DNA of 64,000 nt, from assembly GCA_051362555.1 (NCBI GenBank), contig CM120646.1:9920001-9984000 (forward strand), read 5' to 3'. The notes under the pieces are model-generated. The model had not been told where the DNA came from. It searched no databases and saw only the letters and a program-made list of their open reading frames with translations. The translations under genes and the position numbers were made by a program. This DNA comes from Lingula anatina. Lineage: Eukaryota; Animalia; Brachiopoda. Positions 52,901-64,000 of the stretch are shown one piece after another; position 1 is the first letter of the stretch, and the number at the start of each line of letters is the position of its first letter.

Positions 52901-55249
52901 ACTAGCTACATGTAGGTCAAAGTCGCTCTTATTAAGCACATCTGAAGTAGATTTTATTTCAAATTTAGGGGTACAGTTTTTGAAAGAATCTCTGGTTAAG
53001 ACCAGACAAAAATGATAAGTTAGTTGTGCAGCGAAAACTCTTTACATATGGAGTAGACAAGCATTATTTATTTTTTTGATTTTCGAATATTTAATGTTTA
53101 ACAAGTTAGTTAAGCGAGTCTGACGAGTGAATAAATTAGTTGATCTCTGGAATAAAGACGTTGGTAAAAGTTTTTCGAGGAAGTGTGTTCTGATGATTTT
53201 TTTTTTCTATTCAGTACAATATACAGTTGCTTCTCTTCTGCATCAGTAAGCATTTCTGCTTTGTTCTTGGCTGTGGGAGTAACCCTTGGGCCAGAGAAAC
53301 GAGATCTGTCAAAATAAGTAATTTACTAACATTGTCTTCTACAAATTGGTCAATTTATCAACGGAAGCTTGTTAAGGATTCTGGCTTGTAGTTTTTTTTC
53401 TTATTTATTTGCACGAAAAAAACACCCAAGCAAGTGGCCTAACCATTTTTATTTAAATCTGATAGTGTTTTAATCATATCCGGTCTATTTGGCTTTAGCC
53501 AGCTTTAAGAAGTTTGGACATCGCTGTTAGTTTTTCTGTGTTTTTTCTGTTTTAATTTAGCATAGTCACCCTTTCCTTACCCCTTTTTCCTGGTCAAGTC
53601 CATAATTGCTGTTATTTTCTCACACTTTAAAATCAAAAAGATAAAAATTCGGCTCCATGTCGCCATTTGGAGCAATGTAAGAACGCCGATGACAAGCGAG
53701 GTATTATTGAATTTTGTTTAATTAGAGGTTATTGAACAAGATATTTATATTTCCCGTATAATTATTAACATTTATTTATTTATACTTTATGAACGCAGCC
53801 AGTTATATAAACGGTTTAGCCGTAGAGCGCATAGGTTATACAACAAGTGTTCCTATGCCAGTGTCAACACCCGAGACTGTTATTCAAAGGGGGGAAAGAT
53901 TCAAGATTGAATGTGGAAAATGAAATTCTTGAGATAGAGTCTATACAGTGGGTGTGTACGCGTACGTGTGAGTGTTTCATTAATATTGGAATTTAGGTGA
54001 TATATATATATATATAATTAAACGATAATAAGAATAAAAGAATTAAATCTAAACAATCGGATAACAGTCCGACTGCAACATAGGATATATTTTCCTGCAG
54101 ATGATGTAATTTTGAAGTTTTATATATCTTAACTAAGATCTAATAAACAGATCTTAGATCTTAATAATCTTAAGTATTTGTCTGTTTTTGTGTAAAGTCT
54201 ACTTTCAAGTTAAAACAGTTTAAAATGGATTTTAAACATAAAAAGTATATTACTAGATATATGATAGTACGCTCTGCTGATCAAATACGTCAAAAACTGC
54301 TCACTGGACCATATGTTTAGACAACCAGTGACCTACAATGGTAGGAGAGCCAGTGACCTACATTATGGCGCAACGTTTTGGGGAGTGTTAGGGTCTGGGA
54401 ATTTCCTTTTTTGTGGTATATTTCAAAATATTTTAAGTACTAATGCGTCGTGTGTATTTTTTAATCGATGAATAGTAAATGAAGTTTCACCTGTCAGCTG
54501 TTGATGAGTATTGCATAGAACCCTCCCCCCCCCCCCCCCCCCCCCATTCATTCTGCCTCCCCCCTGTGAATGTAATGGACCGTGCACCCCAGAAAGAGAT
54601 TTCATGCACTTTTTCAGGTCTGAGTTACCAGGGAGTGGATACGAAGCAGTCAAGAAACTAAGTATACAAATATTTAATTTTCAATCAATTCAGAGCAACG
54701 TTTTAAGAATTTTAATTTTGGCCTTTTATTATAGCTTATTTGTGACGCATCTTTGAAAAGTTTTTTAAAACTTGTGTGCTTTAACGTAGTTTTGGCCATT
54801 CCCCAATATTTTCCCCATCAGACTTCCTTCATAACTTCATCCGTGCATGTCCCAACAAAATGAAAAATGCAACTGCTCTTTTTGTGAACTATATCAAATT
54901 TCGTTTGTAGAAATAATTGAAGTCAAAATTTGTGCTCGAGAAATAGCCAAGAAGGGGCAAATGATGTGGAGTGACCAGTGAAAAACCCGAGTGTTTGTGG
55001 CCTGTTTGCCACTGTTTTTAATGTAAACATAGAGACAAAAGTTAAGTTATCAACATTTTATATTTATATATGTGGTTGGGCTCTTTTATTTCAACTGCGA
55101 GATTTACAGCTCGCGTTAAACGGTATCACACGGCGCAATTACATGTTGTCAAATAAAAAAAAGTGGGCCATAAAGATGATGCCATATATGTAAAATAAGA
55201 AAAGTAGTATGTGATCAAGGCCCAATTTACGCATTTTTCTACTGTTAAA

Positions 55250-55368
55250 AGTTTGAATGCCAAAGAGAGAAAGAGAGAGAATGCAAATTAACACATGCTA
55301 TATATATACTTATACATTCTCGGGATTAATAATTGTGTAGGCGAGTTTTATGGTCTCTCTCTCTCTCT
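55250..55368 (+). pseudogene. Degenerate orphan copy of ZDHHC exon 4 with flanking intron
   Basis: aacacatgctatatata..acattctcgggattaataattgtgtaggcgagt..ctctct matches 47180-47320 with an internal deletion. Confidence 0.75.
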
Positions 55369-55544
55369 TTCCAACCATTGAACCAGCGTTTTACTATCTT
55401 GTGAATGTAGTCCAGTCATGGAGTACTTAGGTTGTTTACTTGTTACATAATGCATATATATACAAAATAAATATCTTCAAATCTTTGTTAAACCTCTACC
55501 TAGATGTTATGATCTCAAAGACAAAATTTAAATTTAGACCTAAA

Positions 55545-56000
55545 TTATTGTAGTAGTGAATTCTGCATGCCAGATATTAAGATCAACTCTTCAAAGCATA
55601 CGGGAAGAACTATTTGGAACTGATTTTTTTTTATCCTACTTGCTATATTTTCCCATTGATGACCACTGATACTATTACGCTTCTCATTCGAAAGGCTCTG
55701 TCCAAAGATGTGCTGTTTAATCAATATAACACCAAGAATTTTGAAGATTTTTGCAGACACAATACTTAATATTTGAAACAATGTATATTTATAAATGCTT
55801 GGTAATCAGTTACAAAACTTGCTTCATTTCGATAATCCCCCGTATGCCTTGAAACAGATTCTACGCTAATCATAATTTCACATTTGCCGCAGCGAGATTT
55901 GTAAAAGTGAACTATGTGCAGCAAAACAGCTTGTGGTGACTTGACATTTCGTTATAAATGGATAATAAAAGTATTTTGACGACTTAAAGCTCAAAGTAAG
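55545..56000 (-). mobile_element. Possible decayed EnSpm/CACTA-like transposase fragment
   Basis: Broken frames give RCGKC, LGVILIKQHIF...IASRIKK and VPNSSSR...WHAEF, reminiscent of LGVMK..L / P.EF.R.PR..WKA.E motifs. Confidence 0.35.
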
Positions 56001-56456
56001 ACTTTTTTCTGAATTTTCCAGCAATGCAGTCTTTCAGTCCGCTTGCTGAATTATACTTATGACAACAATGACTGAAAATCGCCAGTTTCTAACTCCTTGA
56101 GGAGAGTGACTTTAAGACTAGAAACTTAAAACTTTCAACAAATATATGATTTGCGTTTCTGTAAGTGATTTTGTTTTGGATATTGTATACCGTGGTGATA
56201 TATGGAAACACGTTGGATTGTCTACGAGTATTAATTGTTTGTTATGTAAAGTTCTAATGTTTATAATGTTTATGCTCAGATAAGGAAAAGGGTGAATAAT
56301 TGTAAATTTTACAAACGGCAATTAATTATCTTGCTTTCTAGTGAAGTGTATAGTGTCCACAAACTTAAGTTTCCATTTGCGAAAATGTCCTTCTTGAGAA
56401 GCTGATCTGCCGAATATGAGTGTGTGTATGTTACTGTGCATACAAGTATGATGTAA

Positions 56457-57100
56457 AGACCCGGTCCCACTGGTGTTTAGGATGAATTTTGCATGAATTG
56501 CGCATAAAATTGGTTGATATTCACACTTGATATCCGTAATATTCATGATGCATGCTTGTAACATTCGACCAGCATCCGCACACGTCAGCAATTATCCGCA
56601 GAGGCACTTTTTTCCGTTCCTGAGATTTTTGAGCAGCCCAAAATTTTGGTTGCGGATGACATGCGCAATACATCCGCAATACATAAGCAAAACTAATGCG
56701 ATACATGCACTGTTATCCGCTCTTATCCGCAACTCACGGCTTGCTCGCGGACTAGGAGAGCATGTATTAAGTATGTAAACCGTATGTAGAGCGACCCCAT
56801 CGCGTCCATATGGCGAACTAAACTATATATTGTGAATATAACGGTTTTGTCAGGATTAAGCATTTCTGTTGCATCTGACTTGCGTCTGATTTGCGAACAT
56901 CTGCAATGGCACCCGTTTTTATTTGTGATACACATACAACACATTATAAATATATATGCGTAATTCATACTGTTCTTATCAGCTCACTATTGCGGACAAT
57001 TTGTCTTTTTTGGTCAATTCTGTTGCGAATGACAACGAAGGACCGAATCCCAAGAAAATTTGTGTCCTTAATTCATCCTCTCATCAGTGTGACCGGGCCT
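56457..57100. mobile_element. PIF/Harbinger-type MITE
   Basis: TIRs agacccggtcccactg..aggatgaatt / aattcatcct..cagtgtgaccgggcct with TAA on both sides; internal atccgc/gcgga repeats. Confidence 0.8.
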
Positions 57101-57695
57101 TAAAGTTGACTTCTTACTGCAGAATTGTTATCTGATTATAAAAAATTATATAACACCAAATCAGATTAATGCTTATTTTTATATTCAGACGCTGCATTTG
57201 TCTGAACATATCACTGAGTCAGTCCATGTCGACGTCGTCCAAAACGGCAATCCTTATAACTGCCAAGTTGTTGTTTTTTTGTCTTACTTAAGACTCACTA
57301 AATTGCTTTGTTTGGTTTAAAAATTAGCACAATCAGATTATTTTTAAAAAAAGTAATTAATTTTCACGTGTATTTTTGGTTTTGATTCTAAATTGCTGGG
57401 TGGCCCTATATGATAATAAGGCAGAAAGGCGGATTCTTTCCAAAAGTCAGCATGATCGGATTTTCTTTTGTAAATATTACTTCATTTTTTGTTTGTTTGT
57501 TTGGTATTTGTATATTCACCAGCTAAACCGTTTTGTTTGAGGTATAGGTTCGTAGAGTGCACCACATGAACCGTTTATTACTATAATAAAACTTAAATTT
57601 GTAGCATTTATTTGTTGAAGAAATTTCGGTTTTGTAGAAAGATAGACGGGCCATTCATTTGATTGAACTCTGTCCAATTTCATGAATTTAGCTGC

Positions 57696-57733
<38 letters not shown>

Positions 57734-58157
57734 GTTTCAGAGAAATTAAATTAAGAAATGCATTATTTTGTATCAATAAGATGAAACATAACACAAGTCG
57801 TCTAGTTGATAGTTTATAGACCGAAATTTATCTTTCAATCTTTTGAGTAATGCAGATATCAACACCTTTGATTTTACATAGTCATGTAATGGAAATATTC
57901 TTGAATACAAAGTATTTTTACAGGGAGATGCTTTATAAATAAATGAATACAAAATGTAAATTTGTTTTGCTCTCAATAAAAACTTTTCAAATATATGCAA
58001 AATGTGTTAGTATTTTCATTGACAACATCGCGGCTCGATGGTAAAGTCTGGGCTTGAAGTTCTATTCCAGGATCGGTACTTGGAAATGAAGAAGAGGGCC
58101 TTTTAAAAAAATCTTTTGGTTACTATAAGAAGAAAGTCTACCCGGGGAGGGTGGGTG

Positions 58158-58229
58158 GGAACACTTAGAGGAGTAGGTAACGCGCTTGCCTCAGAGTCGA
58201 CAAGTCCCGAGTTCGAATCCTGGTGCTCC
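58158..58229 (+). pseudogene. Degenerate tRNA-like sequence / SINE head
   Basis: Acceptor-like ggaacac/gtgctcc, B box gagttcgaatcc; anticodon arm does not pair. Confidence 0.45.
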
Positions 58230-60840
58230 TGGGTCCAAGCAAATTACCTTTTGCTAAATAAAATCAAAATAAGCAATTGCAATAACTACGAGAGGACCAC
58301 AGGACCATTGTGTTTCAAGTTGGGGGCGATGGCTCAGTAGGTTGGATGGCAGCGGAAAGGGAGTTAGGGAGGCCCAGGGATCGAATCGAGCTGAAGACAG
58401 AACTGAAACTTTTTTTTTTAAGTTTAACATGTACGTTACTATTTTCCAAATGAATACAAGCAATACTGACGCAATAAAGAATAAAAAAAACTGAAAAAAA
58501 ACATTTACAAGAGCAACTACCAAAACATTGTGTTCCAAAATATTCATCGAATTTAAATACAAAAAATATCCAACTAAAACCCCAAAAATAGATAAATTAC
58601 AAAGCTGTATAATATTGCACTAATGTTCAAAAATGACACTGTTTTATTTGTCTTTTTATTGATGGCAAATTTCATGAAGGAACATTTATCCAAATTCAGG
58701 GGTATTAACGATATCGAAAATTCAAAATGCATAGGATCTCATGTAATCGTGTCTTTGGAAGCGCGCACGCACTCATGAACGTATTCCTTATTCTACAATG
58801 TATGTCCTCATGCTGATCATCGCACACAAAACTAAAAAATAACTCAAAAGTATTTATTTCTGAAACTTTATGGTTGCATAATTTTGTTTTTTTCACATCG
58901 AATCCTAAAAGATGTAGTTGCAATGCATGGCACAATTTTGAGTGAAAACTTAATTTCGCGGTAGGTGCGAATCAAAAACAGCATAAAGACATGATCAGTT
59001 TACAGCCTTATCCCAGTCAAAGTCATCTTTATGGATAATATACAAACAAAAACAAAAAGTTTACACAAAATCAGTTATCTCAAAATAACTTTTCAAAAAA
59101 CATTCAGGAAATGTAAATAAACATGACCCCTTGGCCATGTCCAAAAATGCTGGGAAATTTTGGAAGTCCCATTATAAACAATTTTTCTATCTGTATATTT
59201 TCCTACTGTAATAACAAATGCAAATTAATTTCTAAAAAAATTATCCTACCCCTGGTTTGATTTTCCGTAAAACAAACACACTGACCCCCTCCCAGTACTG
59301 AAACTATGGGTCCGTCACTGATCAGACACAAAGTATCAAAACACCAAGATCCAAAGTTATAGTTTATATATTCTAAGCATGCGTCACGCCGCATAATCAC
59401 AATTTTAGAAAGACCCTTCCAAACGTGACGGCAATTCTATAACAACGCTACCATATTTTGCAGTTTTAAAATTTGTCATTTCTGAAGTGGTTTAATTTAG
59501 AACAGTGTTTTCAATTAATTGTAGAGTTACATCTAGAAGTCTTCCTTAATTAAACAACCAATATCTGATTCTCGAAAAAGTTTTTTGTATGCAATTAACG
59601 TAAAGGAGTCGCGGCAAATTTTCCTCCCAAAAGTTAACTTTATAAAATTAATATTATCTTTCTAATTAAGATGAACAACCAATCATTTTCGAGAGCAGTT
59701 CATCTTGCTATATATTTATCCACACATATTATTTTACAACCAAACTGAAAGCTGATAGAGCTATCACAGTACTCCGCTTGGGTATGACTTAGAATAATTT
59801 TATAACAATCACTCAATCATTTCTTTTCCATACCGGTACATCCCTTAACCAAGTCCTTAATCAATTCTATTAAAGTGGTACTTCAAAAGTGTCGTTTCAG
59901 GTACGAAGACTGATGAAACAAAGAAATCTTTAAACAAATTACAAAGAAAAAACATCGTGTGTGGATAGAGTACTACTAGTATACTACGACTACGAAACAT
60001 ATATTGAATTAAACCAGCAACATACAGGGTTGACGCTTGGATTTAGTCCATTTTTTTTTTCAGATCAAAGGATAAAACACTCCTTACGTGCTTTTCTTCA
60101 GCTGATATACGTATTGATACAAGATATTACAATCCAAAGCAAATATCACATTTCATAACAAACGTCAACCTTGCAAATTAACAAGAAGACAAACTTCGAC
60201 AAGCGAGACAGTCTTGCCATGGGAGCGGGCGTTGAAGAACAGAAACCTGATGTCTTTGGTGAAGGGTGCATCCAGTCACCTTCTAAGCGTTAGGTAGGAG
60301 TCACTGAAAATAAACGCAGAAATCCACATTAACGGGACTATGTCAAAGGCTTTGATAAAGTACCTGTAGTATACAAATTATCGTTACAGATATCCATTTA
60401 AACTCTTAACTTGTGATGGATCCACATGACAAGCTGAGCAGTAAATCGAATTCTGTCTCTTCTTTATTACATACAGCATGGAGTGATTATGTAAAACAGT
60501 TGTATTCTGTGAATGTGGTTAAAATATGTATGGGAATAGAAAAATGTAAAGATGTCAACTTGTTGAAAAAAGTTGTGTTTAGTATTTTAAAAGTCCAATA
60601 AATCCAATCTTGGAGAGGTGAGACATGTAATTCACTGAAACTATTAAATTATAGAATGTATAAGACCATTTCCAGAATGGAATATTGCTCTTCAGCTTTC
60701 AAGGAATTGTATCTGGAAATTTAGAACCTATAACCCTTAATTACCTATATCAGCTGGTAGATAGCAAAATATACCCAGAGAACACAGATTATGTCACTTA
60801 TGTAGAGAACATGCTTTTGACAATACTATAAAGAAGTAAA

Positions 60841-60941
<101 letters not shown>

Positions 60942-62779
60942 ATTTTCATCAGCACCCGAATGATATCAAATATGAACAACTCTTAACATCCAAAAGGAAA
61001 ACGTCACTATTAAATTTAGAAAAATTTATCAAGGCAATCTTAGCTAAATAGACTCTCTCTCCAACATAAACATGTTAGACTTCTAAATTACTTTTAATTA
61101 CTTTTGTCACGTTTCTCTGCACCTACATGTACATTGTATAACATATGTGGTTTTGAGAATAAAATAATATGTAAAATATGTTTATACACGACAACACACT
61201 AGACTTAAGGTTAATTTATTAGACTAAGGTGCATCCCTCCACGAATAACATCGTGATGATTGCAACTGAGCCTGGGCATCGTGCAAAAGCTGTGACCTGT
61301 AAACGTAAGGAGAATTGTTTTTAGTTACCAGTGCACGGATAACGTTAATGTTTAAGGTGAAATTGGATACATGAAAACATTAGACGGAAGAAAAATTCGA
61401 TATATAAACACATTTGACAGAAGGGTCTAGTTCATATCAATTTTACGGGACCTTAAAAAACAAATAAACAAACAAAAAGAAACAATATGACAATTTACGG
61501 ATTTTGAGGTCTGGTAAAATTTAACCTCAAATATTTGTGTGTAGGGCGCAGGAGCCTACACTTTGGGTTTGCCTCGTTTTGTTCGTAAAACAGATATTTT
61601 GCAAGGGGGGGGTGAAGGGGGAGAGGTTTACTTCCGAAAATAAGGAAGGGTACTGGCCCGCTGTGCCTACTACCAGAAACATGAAAACAGGGGGTCATTA
61701 TCATGAATGTAGCATGAAAAATGTATCTACATGATTTATGTAATCCGAGTAATCCGCAAGCTTAGCAATGGTTGATAGAGTGTCATAATTTGTTATTTTA
61801 AGTTGTCCTTTCACATTTTTGGTTAAGTATATGGAAGAGAGACATTTTACTGTTGGCTTGAAGTTTACTATTGCATTTTTGGGCATAGTGGTTGATTTGT
61901 CTTTGTTTGAAAATTGTGGTGAAATTTTTTGGAGATGACTGGCTAAGCCACACACCCCCAAGGCCAAATGTGAAAAGGAGTTTTCGGATCCCCTCAGACC
62001 ATGACATACAAGCCAGTACCAGTATATGGACGGAATGTAAATGAAATCATACATGAAGGAAGAACGTAGTAGGCCTACCAATCAAATATACTGGGTATGT
62101 CACGGCTAGTTCTATAGAGAAATATCTGTTTGTTTTCAGTAAACTGCAATAAACTAAATGTATTTTACATTTAAAAAACAAACAAAATAAATAAATAAAT
62201 AGCTTGTCAAAAATGTTGTCAAGAATGACAAGGGTGCCATTAAAGAGCTATGAATGTAGTTACCTGCCCAGTCTTTGTGTTTTAGATGGATTTACATGTT
62301 CAGATTTTTGGACAGCTGGAATAAACCCCTCCATTCTTTATTGGCCAATGTATTCCCTCTAAAAATAATAATAACAGAAAATAATTCGTTAAAACTTCAA
62401 GCTCATTTTGGAATTCAAAGCATTCACGCCAATGCCTAAAGTGGGAAATGTACGATTTTGAAAAATATTGTCGACGCAAAATACGTAGTTATATCATCAA
62501 TACAGTACTTACTATCGACTGCTGCAGTTTTCGACGCCAAAATTTCGTTCTTCGTAAGAAAATTGTCGCAGTGTGGCACAGGCTCATTTTTTCTCCATTT
62601 TTGCCCACTGACCTTGGTCCTCCCTGAACACCTCTCACCAAAAGGCTCATCTGGATTACATAATAGTACACAGTTGACCACCTTCCGCACCAAGCCTCGA
62701 TTTAAGATTTAGACTTTGATAAGGAACAATCATGGATTCGTATTAGCCCTTTCACATAATCCCTGCAGCTGGCTCGTAA

Positions 62780-63490
62780 ATACAACAACTCTGTGTGAGT
62801 TGTACTATTTCATCCACGCTTTACTGCAATAAAACGATCTAATGGGATATTTACAAGAGCGAGTTAGTAATGTTTATTATGATAGGGATGAATGCCTTAT
62901 ATGAAAAACTCCTAAGATTAGTTTACAATAATATTTTAAGTATTTTCTAACCACTGCTAAACACAGGGGCATGTCTTTCTTTCAGTAAAGCAGAAGGTTA
63001 ACAAAAATTAAGATATAAATCCTTTCTCAACTACAACAGAAGTGACAGTTTTGATAAAATGAATAAGTTGCTTTGATTACAGAACCTTGAAAAATGTGCA
63101 AATTTTAACAAATAATGGAATTGCCCAAATTCCACAAATAACGCAAAAAAAAAAAATCATTCCTTTCGCTCAATATCTTATATTTTTCACGCTGTTCAAA
63201 GCCATAGAGATCAAATATGTGATGATTGACGTTTGTTTATATAACCATTCAATCAATCCGACTGAATTTGACAGCCTTCATCAAAATTAATTGAATTTGC
63301 TTAGCAACTGCCAATCAAAGGATATAAAATCTGGAGCTTTGCATGTACGACGACTATAGTGATCAACTGTGTAATGATTGTGACTGACGTTTGTTTTTAA
63401 AACTGTCAATCAAAGTCGTGTGCACTTGACAGCTTCCATCAAAATTGAAGTTAATTGCCTGAATTTATTTGATACCTGTCAATCACAAGA
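62780..63490 (+). repeat. Diverged copy of 39900-40965
   Basis: Shared blocks atccacgctttactgc..ttacaagagcga and gtgatgattgacgtttgtttatataacc..cgacgactatagtgatc..gcttccatcaaa. Confidence 0.75.
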
Positions 63491-64000
63491 CGTATTATAA
63501 CCCGAGGGCAAAAATGAAGTATTTTTTACGGCATTCTAGGAAAACTTCTCGATAAATGTTCACTGCCTTAGATATGGGCCTCGATAGAACGCTTCCCACT
63601 AACTCGTAACTTTATTAAACCCTCATACCCATAAATCCACGGCTGACAGATCCATGTAAGAATCCCATTAACCGAATCAAATTTTTTCACTTCACAATAA
63701 AAACAGTTGCCCTGTTTGGTAATGACGCTTTGATAATGAGACACTGATCCCGGTGAATCCTGTGATTTGACAACATAATATTTTTGTAAAATTCATTTAA
63801 TTACCGGAGCTATCTCTAAAAAGCAGTTGTCAAATATCATCATACATGTATAATAAACCATTTTTGAGAAAGGGTATAAAATGGTATAAAACGTTTGTTG
63901 GGCTATAATTCTTTCTTTGAAGCTCGAGCGAAACCGAAATTCCAAATATTAATTCAAAATTTGACTTTTATCATACCCTTGTTCTTTGAGAACCAAAGGA

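Noticed and set aside
61701-62081. 126-aa minus-strand ORF
   Set aside because: Non-ATG start, no recognisable motif, no convincing splice boundaries

Overview
AT-rich, intron-containing animal genomic DNA (invertebrate, lophotrochozoan-like by inference) with three + strand multi-exon genes that I assembled by hand from GT-AG sites and intron phases. (1) The 3' end of SMARCE1/BAF57 (SWI/SNF subunit), which appears to splice in frame to a terminal exon encoding the last two C2H2 fingers of the ZEB/Zfh1 family. (2) A 16-exon secreted multidomain protease-inhibitor-like gene (signal peptide, 2 follistatin-N-like modules, 3 Kunitz, 6 TIL domains). (3) An 8-exon ZDHHC3/7 (Dnz1-like) palmitoyltransferase, in which one splice donor is amplified 11-fold by an in-frame 36-bp minisatellite. 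Intergenic and intronic space holds many non-autonomous DNA transposons (Harbinger-, Mutator-, Tc1/pogo- and HINE-like), a LINE RT relic, a ~430-bp-arm palindrome flanked by two related Arg-rich reading frames, and a candidate minimal hammerhead ribozyme. Most ORFs in the supplied track are spurious. No database searches were run; family calls come from recognised motifs.
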